A DNA stretch of 64,000 bases, from NCBI RefSeq assembly GCF_036321535.1, contig NC_087436.1:45448001-45512000 (forward strand), read 5' to 3'. Below the pieces are notes generated by a model. That model made no database searches, was not told the DNA's origin, and saw nothing but the letters and a program-made list of their open reading frames with translations. This stretch comes from Camelus dromedarius (Eukaryota). This document shows positions 1 through 12,650 of the stretch, piece by piece (the first letter of the stretch is position 1; the number at the start of each line of letters is the position of its first letter). The position numbers and the translations under genes were made by a program.

Positions 1-135
1 GCTGCTGCAGGGTGCTGGTGGATGGGGCTACTGCTCAGCAGCTGTGAGGACCAGCTGAGGCGCAGGGGTGGGTGGAGTTCTCAGCGGGATGTGCCCACTG
101 GTGTTAGATAAAGAATTCCAAAATGGCACCTGCAC
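1..135 (-). mobile_element. L1 5'UTR-like fragment, cut by the window edge
   Basis: GC-rich. 'tagataaagaattccaaaatgg' resembles the reverse complement of 'ccatattggaatcctccctctag' in the L1 5'UTR at ~32.0 kb. Confidence 0.35.
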
Positions 136-139
136 TGCT

Positions 140-322
140 CTGAAGGCACTTCCTACTCAACCTTTTTTCGTCTTTTCTTCACAGAGTTCATACCAGAACC
201 AAAGTTCTTCCAGACTCCTCCATCTTTCTCTCCATTTTCCCTCATAGGCATTTTCCCCAGTGAATAACTTGCACACAGTATTCCATTCTGGTGTCTTCTT
301 TTCAAAGGAACCAGACTAACAC
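140..322 (+). mobile_element. 3' part of an old ERVL-type LTR (LTR16/LTR33/LTR41 group)
   Basis: Ends '...gaataacttgcaca...ggaaccagactaacaca', resembling ERVL LTR U5 termini (recalled). Confidence 0.4.
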
Positions 323-1149
323 AACATCATTCTTAACTTCTACCCAGTCTTAAGGATATGTCCCTTCTTCCTCCTGCTCAGGGATTGTCCATTCAACAAT
401 ACTCTTGACCCTAACCCCTCCGATCATCTCCAGCACCTTGTTGCCCCTCCTCATTCTTACTCACAAAACTTCCATTTTTCTTCTTGGCATTTATGGTCTT
501 TCTCAACTAAACAATAACTACCAAAATATATGCCCTGGGCACCTGACCATTTCAGTCTTTGTTTTTTCTTAACAAAGCAGAGCCCCTTTAAGAATTCCAG
601 AAATAAAGGGTTTATTATTATAAGGATTTACCTGAAGGATGGAGCAAAGGTCAGGGAATTTGCCATCAAAGTTTTGAAAAAGTGAAGTGGACACTGATGA
701 CCACAATCTGAAGCACTGAGGCAACAGGTTATGTATCTAAAGTTCACAGGAAATGGAATTTTCAAGTTTCTCTGAAAAATTTTTCACCAACTAATTTGCT
801 CCAAAGCAGTGAAGCAGGTGGTTCTCAAATAAACATAGAGAAGACTTTGGATCTCATTCAAGTTGGCATTAGCAAAATCTAACTCAGAATCCTATGGGGA
901 AGGGGATTAAGGAACATGTAGTTCCCTGGAACACAATACAGAGGAGATTTTAGGCAAGAGTTCTGGTGATGCTCCTTTCTTACACCAAGGCCCCACTCAT
1001 GGGATGGAGGCTCTACTTTGGGGCTAGTGCATCAAGAATACTGGGTTTCCAATAGCCCTTTCTCTGGCCCACTTATAAAGAGAAATTGCTTGCCCAAGCT
1101 GAGAATACCAGAAGCTACAGCTACATCCCCTTCCGCCAAGTACCCAGCT

Positions 1150-1656
1150 CCTAAAGTAGGTATGTCACTCAAAAAGAAGCACATCACTGTTTCTACCTAC
1201 AGCTCTAGAAACTTGGCTGAGAGATTTTGTCAGGGGAGAGAAGGGGGGCTATAAATCAGAGAGCTTTGAATTTCTTCCCAAAGGAACTGATTTCATTTGC
1301 AACAGAGTGTGGAGAAGTTCAAGCATAAGGATGCTCTCAAAAACAATGGAAGTTGAGGTGAAAACCAATTAATAAAAGACTTTTAAATCCATTAGTGATG
1401 TACACTAAACCATGTGAATAGACATTCCATGTTCATGGATCAAAAAACTTAATATTGTTAAGATCGCAGTATTTCTTAAATTGACTTACATGTGATCAGT
1501 TTCGGTTTTCACATGAATTTCAGGATCGTCTTGTCAGTTTCTGCAAAGAAGCCAGCTAGGATTTTAATAGGATTGACTTAAGAGCCTAGAGAACCCAGAA
1601 ATAAACCCTTGCATATATGGTCAAATGATTTTTTAGGAGGGTACCAAGACCATTCT
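1150..1656 (+). mobile_element. Old L1M mosaic: 5' region plus ORF2 fragments with an internal inversion
   Basis: L1M 5'-type 'aaggaactgatttcatttgcaacagagtgtggagaagttcaag'. ORF2 pieces lie at 1421-1490 (+), ~1502-1575 (-) and ~1587-1656 (+, 'gaacccagaaataaaccc'). Confidence 0.6.
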
Positions 1657-3259
1657 TTTCCTCACCTCTCCTTCTCCCATGCCCTTTAGCTCTTTTCTTG
1701 CTTTCCCTGCAATCATGCCTCCTCCTGGACTCTGGTTAGAATTATCAGGTTTACAACCAAATAGAAAACCTGTGAGTGTGAGAACTCTGGCAGCCTGGGT
1801 CATTTCAGCATCTTGCTTCCTCTCTCTCTATCTCAGCTCCTTGTCCCTCATGGCCAGGACTAAGTTTCACTAGAACTTCCAAAACTAAAAAAAAAAAAAA
1901 AACCCACAAAACTTTATTTCTCTTACCTAATTCAGAAAAATGTGAGGCAAATGCTACCTTTCTTAGTACTACTTTTATCAGGACCTCAAGAAGTTATACA
2001 GAAAATATGACTTCTTATCACTTATCTATAGCAAAAGAAAGGAAATACTATGTTTTTTATTACCATTGAAGACAGATGATTAAATTGCAGGAACATGAGT
2101 TATTGATTCCAAATCTTTAAAAGAACCCAGAAGATCAGATTCTCCGGCAAGTGTCTAACCATCCTACTGCTATTGAAATACTTTTGTCATGTATGCAAAC
2201 TATCCATTGAGCAGTTGCTTCATCATTCACTTCTAAATATTTACCCAGAAATCTAGAAATATATTTTCACTCTTCTCTCATCTATGTACAAAACATATAT
2301 GCAGAGACCACTCAGAGCTGTTAAAAATCCAAAGCTGGTATGGCATGACTGTTGTGCTGACTGTGGACATCTCAAGAACCAAACGTACTGACAGCTATAG
2401 GAGCTGAGGAGAATGCAGTGCATGCGTACATCAGGGCTGTGACATCAGCTCAATGACTGCAGTCTAAAATACATTGCATGTTAGCAGAAACTCAAATAAA
2501 ATGTTTAAGAAAGGAAGCAGTCATCCAAGGAGCATGCATCTAGAAACATAACTGACTTGAAGTTTCTGAGTTCATAGGACTCCTTTTTGGGTGCAAACTA
2601 TGCATTTGTGGAAGTTGGAAAAATCTGGAGGAATCTTGTTCATATATCCACCGAATGACCTGGGGCAAAGTAACTTCTTTAGCACCTCAGATTCCTCATT
2701 TGACTTTAAAAAATATCTATCTTTATCTCCAAGGGCTATTATGTAAATCAAAGGCAATCTTGTGTGTGAACTAAATACACACATACACAGAGATTAAAAT
2801 AAAGGAAAAACAATTATTTCTCAAAGACTTACTTGATTAAACTCTGGAAGTCAGGTTCATTCTGTTTCATTAACATATCATACAGTAATTAAGGTGGTAA
2901 TATAATAGTGTCCTTTCTCTTTTTATTAATTTATGTTCCATTTCTTCTTCAAAATTCAGCCTAAAGCTTCCACAAGAGTATCTATATTCTTAAGAGGGCA
3001 TGCAGAAAAATTCAAAGGTGAAATGTCATCATATCTGCAACTTACATTCAAATGTGGCAAAAATGTTAAAATTGGGAACCTAAGGGAAGGCTACTCATTG
3101 AACTGTTCATTCAACTTAATTCCAAGTTAAAACATTTTCAAAATAAAAAGTTGATGAGGGAAGCAGAATACATTCTCTCTCTCACTTCAGTCCATCATGC
3201 AAGCTATTTCTTCTCCTAGAATCATCTTTTCTTTCACCCTCTTTGTCCAGATTTTGTTT

Positions 3260-3590
3260 TAGTAGTGAGCTCTGGAGCTGTAGATCCTGATTCTGCCACA
3301 TTTCAAGGGCTTATGGAGCCTCTGAAATGGCGCTTTATCTTTCTGAGCCTCAGTTTTCTCATTCGTTAAACAAAAATTGTAATAGGATTGAGTCCAAAGA
3401 TATCTAGTTGATAGTATCTAACTCATGAATTTATTCACTTTAGAACTATGCAAAGTAGCTTCAGTAACCTTTTGAGCTTCAACTTTACTTGTAAATGAGG
3501 AACAATGACATGTCATAGGATTGTTGTAAAGATGAAGAGATGATAAAAGTATTTTGCAAGCTATGATCTTCTATTATTATTATTAATTTC
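3260..3590. mobile_element. MIR SINE fragments
   Basis: MIR core-like 'tctgagcctcagttttctcatt' and 'tcataggattgttgtaaagatgaa'. Confidence 0.55.
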
Positions 3591-3609
3591 TGAATTGTAA
3601 GGGTTTAAT

Positions 3610-4085
3610 ATACTAGCCACATGGTACAGGCTTAGAAATAATTTTGGATGGGTTTTTGAATTGCAAAAAAACTGTTTCCACAGTAACCTGTTAGATTATA
3701 CCACTGCTCTGTTCCCCTCAGCATGTGTGTACCATTTGTATGGAGGGAATTTGTTGCTCATATACCGATTTCTCCAGTTGCTAACAGCAGCTGTTGGGAG
3801 GAAATCCAATACTGGTCACTGTGGAGCTCCTGCTCTCCCTTTAATATTGTACAATACTCCTGATGTTCATTCCATCATGGTCACTGCTGAGTTGCTCATT
3901 GTCCAAGTGTACATGGTCCAGGTGAAGATCAGTGAGTCAGCTGGCAGTGTCTATACCTTCTGGGTTTTATCACTGGGTCCTTTGCCACACAACTAAGGCA
4001 ACTGTGTGAGTGCCAGGTCCCCAGGCATCCACACAGCCAACTCTGCCAGGCCAGTGCAGTGATCATCACAGAACCCATCACTTCT
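3610..4085 (-). mobile_element. Possible ancient RTE-clade LINE fragment (APE endonuclease region), highly decayed
   Basis: Minus-strand translations give 'IFTWTMYT' (cf. TWNVRT), then in another frame 'SIGF', 'QIPSIQM' and 'GII*QV' (cf. GVGF, RIISIRL, TIIQVYAP), in the expected order with stops. Confidence 0.3.
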
Positions 4086-5540
4086 TGGTCTTTCTAGTCT
4101 TGATAAATCCAATCCTCATCCCCAAATAAGCCCACTTCCCACTCTTACTCTGGCAAAGTAAATGCATCCTTTCCCTCCCCACTCAGTATACTCTAGGTTA
4201 ATATCAGTGGACCTGAAACACTCAGAACACAAACAGCTGGCTGGACATCCACAAAGGGAAAATAAGGGAAATAATCTTTGATTCTTTTTGTCCATTTATC
4301 CACACCAACAACAAAGACACCAAGTAATTAATCAATAACTCATCTGTAACAGTGCAGAAAATTGCATTGATTCTTACTAGGTCATCAGAATAACTTCCTC
4401 CCCAATTTTTTGATAAGTCCATGATATGACTTAAAATAGGTTTATCATGCTGGAGTCTGCAGACGTAGTTTCAGATATCCATGGCTCTCAGATTAAAGAG
4501 ATAGTTATTTAAGGTAAGCAAGCAATGGTCTAAGCCAGCAGATGACATCAGGGCCCTGGTGGGACTTCATCTCTCTCTAGAATTTCTATTTCAAAAGTTC
4601 AAGAACTGATTTTTGAAAAATAGCTATGTGTCTTTCTTTTTAGTCATCTTATTGGAAGATTTTCAAATGCCTGGGATTTGAAGCACTGACTATATTGTCT
4701 TAATAGAAAAAAATTGGAATAGAGCCCTTTACACCAGGTAATTAAATGAGTTTTTCCTTGGTTGTCATGTGTTCTTTTCTTGACTTACCACTTTCACAAT
4801 CTCTGGTACCACTGCAGTTAATCAAATTCTGTTATCTAAAGATCTGGGAATGATAAAATCAAAACTAAAGGAGAATCTCTGGTTTGCTGGATTTGGACTG
4901 TAAATGCCTAAGATATCAGATTTGCAGGCAAAGGTAATCATTTTCATAGACATCAACATTTAAAAGCTAAAAGAGGATAGAATTCATTTAGTTCAATTTA
5001 CAAATAAGAAAAAAGGACCCAAATATATTTTTTTGTCTGAGGCCACACATTAAGGTAGTTGTATTAAATTATTTATTTCAATACAAAAACATTTCCCGTC
5101 AAGAGTGCAATGGTTCACTATTATCTTAGACTTGACAATTGGTATTTCCTACTTCTTTTTGGTTACTTTTAATTTAGAAAAAAAAAAAAGAGGAATGTAC
5201 CAACTCTTTGAGGGCCTATTAAATTTAGTTTCCATGGTTTTTATATGATTGCTCTCTTTTAGCTAAGCCTTGTCTTTCTTAGTTTTATCCATAAGTAAGC
5301 CAACAGTGACTGGCCTCTTCAGGTAGACTTTGCTTCAGTCCCATGTTCACTGAGATAAAGTCACAGCGCTTTATCACAACCCAACAAAACACAAACCAAA
5401 ACCAAAAAGCATTGCCAGTTAGTACAGATTTTCCTAAATAATTATTTACAAGTATCTCCTCTCCAGTTCTCAGTGTGTCTCTCTTACAATCCAGTCTTTA
5501 GATTTTTTTTCTCTCCTGTTTTCATCCCAATGTAGCACCT

Positions 5541-6092
5541 CTACCAGTTAGGAAACTATTGCCTCTCAGCTTCAAACTTGCCCCCTTTATCTCTACGGTA
5601 TCGGAACTAGGCTTCTACAAACACTTCTCCTCTGGCTTCCTTTTAGGTTTCACCAGTGAGAGAAACTACAGGGAGACTAGAAGGCAGGAGGGTGGAGAAA
5701 GAATTCACTGTTTCCCTTTTGCTTTTTATTGCTGCTTGGGTCACCCCCGTATGGCTCCTCACCCAGGGAGCACAGTTTGTTCCAGAAGCAGATGGTTCGA
5801 GTTTCGACTTTTTTCCGCTTCTTAGATCCAGCCTTGTAATGAGGTCTGCCAGAGATACTACCACCAGGTACACAGCTCTGAGGGCCCTTCCTCCAAGTGT
5901 CTAGGTTTTTTTGAGAACCCCAATCTTTTCTCTGTTTCCTCAACACTAAGAATGAAGCTACTTCCTGAAGTTACTGTCTCTGTTTTATCTACATTCCTTC
6001 CAGTACCCATTTGACCAATTCCTCATATTAAATTCTCTTTGTTAAAATAGTTGTGGCGGTTTCTCTTTTCCTGATTGGATGTAACTGACACA
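5541..6092 (+). mobile_element. LTR33-like ERVL solo LTR
   Basis: Starts 'ttgcctctcagcttcaaac', contains 'gggagactagaaggcaggag', has ATTAAA and ends 'actgacaca', matching my recall of LTR33. Confidence 0.7.
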
Positions 6093-6112
6093 TGCTCAAC
6101 ACTCCTTCTGTT

Positions 6113-6183
6113 TTTTGTTGTTGTTATTGTTTTATGTTGCTTATGTCTTTTTTTTTTTTTTTAACTGAAGTATAGTCAGCATC
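6113..6183 (-). mobile_element. Ultra-short L1 3'-terminus insertion with poly(A) and 9-bp flanking repeat
   Basis: Minus strand reads CTGACTATACTTCAGTT then a long A run (cf. 'ctgactatactttgatt' at the L1 end at ~27020). Flanked by CCTTCTGTT at 6104-6112 and 6184-6192. Confidence 0.45.
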
Positions 6184-6313
6184 CCTTCTGTTGATTCAGG
6201 TGTTTCATCACCTCTCTCTTGGCTTCTAAACCTCACTTTAAATGTTAAGGGAAGCAATTTTATTTGTTTGTTTGTTTATTGTTGTTCTTTCCTTTTCCCA
6301 TCTTTTTCCCCCA

Positions 6314-8148
6314 TTTTTTACATTGAAAGTATAGTTGATTTACAATATTGTATTAGTTTCTGGTGTACAGCATAGTGATTCAGTTATACATATGTGTGTG
6401 TGTGTGTGTGTATGAATATATATATATTCTTTTCCATATTCTTTTTCATTACAGATTACTACAAGCCATTGAATATAGTTCCCTGTGCTATATAGCAGGA
6501 CCTTGTTGTTTTCTATTCTGTACACAGTAGTTTTTACCTGCCAATCCCAAACTCCCAATTTACCCCTCCTTCCCCTTTTACCCGCCTGGTAACCATAAGT
6601 TTGTTTTCTATGTCTGTGCATCTCTTTCTGGTTTGTAAATGAGTTTGTGTCATTTTTTTAGATTCCACATATAAGTGATATCATGGTATTTGTCTTTCTC
6701 TGTCTGACTTAACTTCACTTAGTATGATAATCTCTAGGTCCATTCATGTTGCTGCAAATGGCATTATTTTGTTATTTTTATGGCTGAGTAATATTCCATT
6801 GTATACATATACCAGATCTTCTTTATTCATTCATCTGTCAATGGACATTTAGGTTGTTTCCATGTCTTGGCTATTGTAAAAAGTGCTGCTAGGAATGTTG
6901 GGGTGCATGTATCTTTTCAAATTAGAGTTTTCCCTGGATATATGCCCAGGAGTGGGATTGCTGGATCATACGATGTCGATTTTTAGTGTTTTAAGGAACC
7001 TCCATACTGTTCTCCATAGCAGCTGCACCAATTTACATTCTCACCAACAGTGTAGGAGGGTTCCTTTTTCTCCACACCCTCTCCAGCATTTATTATTTGT
7101 AGAATTTTTGATGGTGGCCGTTCTAACTGGTGTAAGGTGATACCTCATTGTGGTTTTGATATGCATTTCTCAAATAATGAGTTGATATTGAGCATCTTTT
7201 CATATGCCTGTTGGCCATCTGGATGTCTTCTTTGGAGAAATGTCTGCTTAGTTCTTCTGCTTATTTTTTGATTGGGTTGTTTGTTTTTTGATATTAAGCT
7301 GTGTGAGTTGCTTATATATTTTGGAAACTAATCCTTTGTCAGTCACATCATTTGCAAATATTTTCTCCCATTCCATGAGTTGTCTTTTCATTTTGTTTAT
7401 GGTTTCTTTTGCTGTGCAAAAGCTTTTAAGTTCAATTAGGTCCCACTTATTTATTTTGTTTTTATTTCCATTACTCTAGGAGATGGATCCAAAAATATAT
7501 TGCTGTGATTTATGTCCGAGAGTATTCTGCTTATGTTTTCCTCTAGGAGTTTTATAGTATCTGGTCTTACATTTAAGTCTTTAATCTACCTTGAATTTAT
7601 TTTTGTATATGGTATTAGAGAATGTTCTAATTTCAGTCTTTTATATGTAGCTTTCCAGTTTTTCCAGCACCACTTATTGAAGAGACTGTCTTTTCTCTGT
7701 CATATATTCTTGCCTCCTTTGTCATAGATTAATTGACCATAAGTGCATGGGTTTATTTCTGGACTTTCTTATCCTGTTCCATTGATCTATATGTCTGCTT
7801 TTGTGCCAGTACCACACTGTTTTGATTACTGTGGCTTTGTAGTGCAGTCTGAAGTCAGGGAGTGTGATTGCTCCAGCTCTATTTTCTTTCTCAAGATTGT
7901 TTTGGTTATTCAAGGTCTTTTGTGTTTCCATAAAAATTTTAAAATTTTTTGTTCCAGTTCTGTGAAAAATGCCATTGGTAATTTGATAAGGATTGCACTG
8001 ACTATGTATATTGCCTAGGGTAGTATGGCCATTTCAACAATATCGATTCTTCCTATCCAAGAACATGGTGCATTTTTCCATCTTTTTGTGTCATCTTCAG
8101 TTTCTTTAATCAGCATCGTATAGTTTTCAGAATACAAGTCTTTTGCCT
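6314..8148 (-). mobile_element. 5'-truncated L1 (ORF2 C-terminus + 3'UTR), artiodactyl/camelid type
   Basis: Minus-strand ORF 7722-7931 '[23 protein letters not shown]' is L1 ORF2. Typical 3'UTR with a (TG)n tract. The frame is disrupted. Confidence 0.95.
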
Positions 8149-9149
8149 GTTGACCCTTTTCCATCCCTCTTGTCTCTTACTTTTAAATGATGCACAGAAA
8201 AATTGTGCTCAAAAGGAATGACATCAGAATAGTCTTACTTGGTCCCAAATGGAGAAGCTGAATGCTCATTATCCTTTTTTTGGCTGGCAGAAACTTCATC
8301 CATACAGATGTCCTAAACCATTCCCATGAATCCTGGTCTTAAATTCAAGATCTTAAAAAAGATGTAGAGACTTGCAGGAAAGCCTTTCATCTGGGTAACT
8401 CAGAGGATCACAGGTTGAACCTCCCCTACAGGGACTAAAGAGATATAACCCCAAAAGATAGCTCAGTCTATGACATTGTTTGAGAACAATTTTGTATGAA
8501 TTAAAAGCTGTGACCTAAAAGTTACACAACTAAATCATCCATTCCGAACAGCAGGGAATTAAATAGAGAAGAAGTAGGTGATCTAAGGCACTTTAGGTCT
8601 AGGAAATTGTCCAGTAGTTTTGGACTTCTCAAAAGATAGTTTTGGTCGAGAGACACAATAAAGAATTTTTAAACAATTAGATGTCATTTATTACTGACAT
8701 GGAAAATAGTTATGATTTTTTAAAATGCCTAACTTATAAATTATCATGTTGACAACTATTTTTCTTAGACTCACTTTTTTCACTCTGCTACTTTTATGCT
8801 TGATAACTGACAACAAAGCCTCTCAGGTGAATTATGATGCTTCATGAATCTTGATGACTTGATCTCCTAAATATTTCATTAACAGCTGCTTCACTTAATA
8901 AAATGAATAATAAGAATCAGCTAATCAACTTTAGTACTCTGTATTTCATTCATATAAGGCAATTAAAGTATACTGTATGGTTTTTTAGATGACATCAATC
9001 ATATTGTGCATTTTTTTACATTTGATAACTGGTATCTGGGAGGGAAATTTTTAGTCAGTGGAAGAAAAAAACAGGAAAACAAAAAGTATGCACAAGCCAA
9101 AAAGTTACTATTAAGACTTCTGCTCTCCTTGAACAAATCTTATGTTAAG

Positions 9150-10010
9150 TATTTAATTTATTTATTCATTAACTTATGCTCACACTCATACTTAACATCC
9201 AAAAAGAACTGGAGGCAACAAACAAAAATATTTACAATTAAATAGGATAAAGTAGATGAAAGAGTCAAAGTGAAGGGGAAGGGAGGAAGAGTAAAATAAA
9301 GCCAAAGAAAAGTTTACAAAAAGTTTCTACACACCTGCTAAAGGTAAAAAGCAAATCTGGCTCTGAATTTCTGAGCAATCAAAGCAAAGAAAGAAACTAA
9401 CAAAATGCATGAATAGAGTAAACATTCAAAGCCTGCCTGTTACACAGGGAAAGCATGGCATTTCCTGGTATTGTGGCCATGGTCCTTTGTGAAGGATTGG
9501 TACTTGGGCAAGTTGTAGATGATGTTCTCAGCATCATCCCTACAGTAAATGCATTAGTTCTTGCTGTGTCTTTATTATGGAGCCTTTTTGTGTGGAAGTG
9601 AAAGCTTTACATCAAAGCTTATTTCAGTAAAAATAGCCAGAAGTGAGGAGGATACTCTAAGCAAAATCTCACTGATGATCTGACTAGATTCAGGACGAGT
9701 AAAATTACACAAGAGGATGAAGAGACCGCATATCCAGTAGACATGAATATCATTTCTCATGAGGGAGTTTTTACCAAGAGTTAGAACTTCCCTGGAATTA
9801 ACATCAGGAATGGTCAGGAGGTTTGAATGACATCGTTTTGTTTAAAATAGTTTGATGAACCAGAAGCCAGCCTGAATGGATGTGGAGATGGGTTGACAGT
9901 TCCTGTGGATAGGGCCAGTGCATCCCTCAGAAAATGATTATAAGATTGTGCAACCAAAGACAGGTGAACTGAAGAAGAACCAAGTTCCATGTGATCAAGT
10001 TGGATAGACA
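9150..10010 (-). mobile_element. Ancient L2-type LINE fragment
   Basis: L2 3'-end-like 'tttattcattaactt...tccaaaaagaactggaggc' followed by purine-rich decayed body. Confidence 0.35.
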
Positions 10011-10239
10011 CTTACAGAGCATGTTTTCCCAGTAGTCTACAAAGTCATAAAAACAGAAGCAAAAATCTCAGTAAGAGAACTATAAAATGCCTTCCATATG
10101 TGCTCCTTGACCTTCCTTAATATGAGGAAACCTCATACAAATTTGTAGGATGTAAGCCAATTAAATGATTGAAGATGTCTGCCCAAAATGCACATTTGGG
10201 GCTTAAGTTATGCACATTCACAGTAATTAGATAATATCC

Positions 10240-10478
10240 ATTCATTTAACAATAATGATTGACAATCTACTAGGTATCAGCAACTGTTCTAGACTCTGAC
10301 ACAGAAATGCCAGCCTTTGTGCGACTGAAATTGTTCTGGCGGAATACCACAATAAGCATATAAATAAGTAAAATAGAAGTGCTATGGAGAATATTAAAAA
10401 GGTAAAGGGGGATAGAAAGTTCCAGGGATTAAGGCGGGGTTGCAATTTTAATAAGAATGTTCAAGAAAAACCTTACTG
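10240..10478 (-). mobile_element. L2a fragment
   Basis: 'attcatttaaca...tgacaatctactaggtatcagcaactgttctag' and 'aagtgctatggaga' are L2a 3'-end motifs. Confidence 0.55.
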
Positions 10479-10925
10479 ATGCTGAATGCTGGCTCCCCCA
10501 AATATCACTGAGACAACCTGCTGATGAGGCAAGCTGAGTTTATACCTACCTTAGTAAGAAAGAGCAGAGTCTGAGCATCTCAGAAAAGGGAGGGCAAAGT
10601 CGGGATATTTATTGAGAACATGAGTTAGTTCAAGCCAAGTCTGTCAGTGGCAGTGCTTGGTTAAGATTGTGTGAGGATCACAACTGGGTAGCTCAGGAGT
10701 GATGGTCACAGCAAGATGAAAATGTTAAGGTGGGGTCTTCAGAGACTCCTGGGTTCAAGCAGTCTTGAGGTATAAGTTGTAATTTGATGCTTTCCACAAA
10801 GAGTTGATGGCCTCCCAGAAAGTTACTGGAATGAACAATAATGTTACTTACAACTTTTATCTTCCTTGGCACGTATTTCTTAGAATAGTAGATGAAAACA
10901 ATCAAATAGTAAAGTCTTGTTAATA
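10478..10925 (-). mobile_element. Old ERV LTR fragment, family uncertain
   Basis: Interrupts the L2. Antisense polyA-like 'gagtttat' and TATA-like 'atatttatt' occur at LTR-like spacing. Confidence 0.4.
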
Positions 10926-11471
10926 CACACAGCAAGCTATGTGGGTGTATATAATTTTGACCCTCATTGAGAAAGGGAAATTTGAGCTCATACCAAAAGG
11001 AGTGAGAGAATGAGCCACTGCCAGTATTTGAGGGAAGAAGGTTCCAAGCCAGGCCCACACCCAACATTTCCAGAGCCTGAAGCAAGAAAAATGGGGTCCC
11101 ACATATCATGTCTAAATATTTAGAAGTTATAAATGAAGTTAACAAACTCTTAAATAAAATGTTTTAGTCTCCTACTTTGATAAACAACCTAATAATGACA
11201 AACTCTAAAAACATGTATAAAACTATGGCTTTTATATGCCTGAAAAATATCAAAGACAGCTAACTTTTTTATACTTGTGCCTGTCTACGTATTCTGTTGA
11301 TGTTTGGGTAAATAATAAAATAAAGAAACACATACTCTATATAAATGACTATACATTTATTTTATAAAATTTCATTTCCTTGCCTTCATTTCAGCAAAAT
11401 CATGAAGTTAAGTTGTCATAATAAAGATTTCCACATATTTTGTGTTTCTAATGACTTCAGTGACCTAAAGA

Positions 11472-11803
11472 CACGCTGACCTATGTGTTAGCCACTAGCT
11501 GCTTGTGGCTGCTGAGCACTTGAAATGTGCCTGTCCAATTGAGATGGGCTGTAAGTGTAAAATATACACTGATTCCAAGACTTAATATGAAAAAAATATT
11601 TAAAAGCTCATTAATAATTTTATATTAATTATATTTTGAAATGATAATTTTTAATGTACTGTTAAATAAAATGCACTATCAGAATTATTTCACCTGTTTT
11701 TTGGTTTTGTTTTTTACTTTTTTAATATGACTACTAGAAAGTTTTAAATTACTTATGTGGCTCACATATGTGACTCACATTATATTTCTATTGGATAGTG
11801 CTA
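11472..11803. mobile_element. MER33-like hAT-Charlie DNA transposon
   Basis: 'agccactagctgcttgtggctgctgagcacttgaaatgtg...gtaagtgtaaaatatacac' and terminal 'tatatttctattggatagtgct'. Confidence 0.75.
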
Positions 11804-11837
11804 CTCTAAGGAATTATAAAATAAAATGTCATTATAT

Positions 11838-12302
11838 TGTTACGGAAATGATGGGCCAGCCAAGAAACAAGCACCACTCGGAGGGTTGGAGTACTCAGAT
11901 GTATTACGCCGGCGGGCTCAGAGGGGCTTCTGCTCCAAAGCTCTGAGCACCTCCAAGATGTGTGCATGAGGTTTTATAGGGTAAAGTACAAGCTTGAGGT
12001 ATTCGGCCAATAGGCATGGAACAGCTTTAGCAGCATCATTATCACAAAAGTGGAGGCAGGGAGGCAGCAAACCAACATTCCAAAGCCAGATGTATATCTT
12101 TGAAAATCCAGCTGGCTAGCAAAAAAACATGAACAGCAAACCAACACTAATTAACTTAGATACACAAGTTAGTCCAGCAGAACTCAGATCAGTATTCTGA
12201 TACTTAGATTTGTGAGTTATCTTGTTAGACCAGACCAGCCTCTCCTTCACATTCCTAGACTTGTGAGTTATCTTGTTAGACCAGCCCGGCTTTTCCTTCA
12301 CA
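11838..12302 (-). mobile_element. Young ERV1-type solo LTR, copy A
   Basis: TG...CA termini, 4-bp TSD ATAT, antisense TATA (TATAAAA), CpGs retained, near-identical to 12651-13064. Confidence 0.9.
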
Positions 12303-12650
12303 ATATTCAATGTACACAAAACTTCAATATATTATCATTAAAATGTATATTAAACTAAAATGCAAAATTTCAAATTATTTATCATAGTTTTAGTAAAAAT
12401 AATTTTCTTCTAAAACATGCAAATTTATTTAGCTTAAAAAGCAAGCTATAACTAATAATGAATATCAAACTTTAAATCAAAATAATTTAAATAAAGCTAA
12501 ATTTCTAATTATTTGAAAATTTAATTATATCTTATCAAATTAAAAAAAATTAGCCTCTTCACAATTCCAGAGTTCAATGTCCATCTCATTGATCTTACAT
12601 CCTACCACAGTCATTTTCCTTTCCCCTTATTATCATGAAGGTCGCTTCAT

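Noticed and set aside
9575..10011. Processed pseudogene
   Set aside because: No recognisable protein, poly(A) or TSD. Better explained as an old L2 body.
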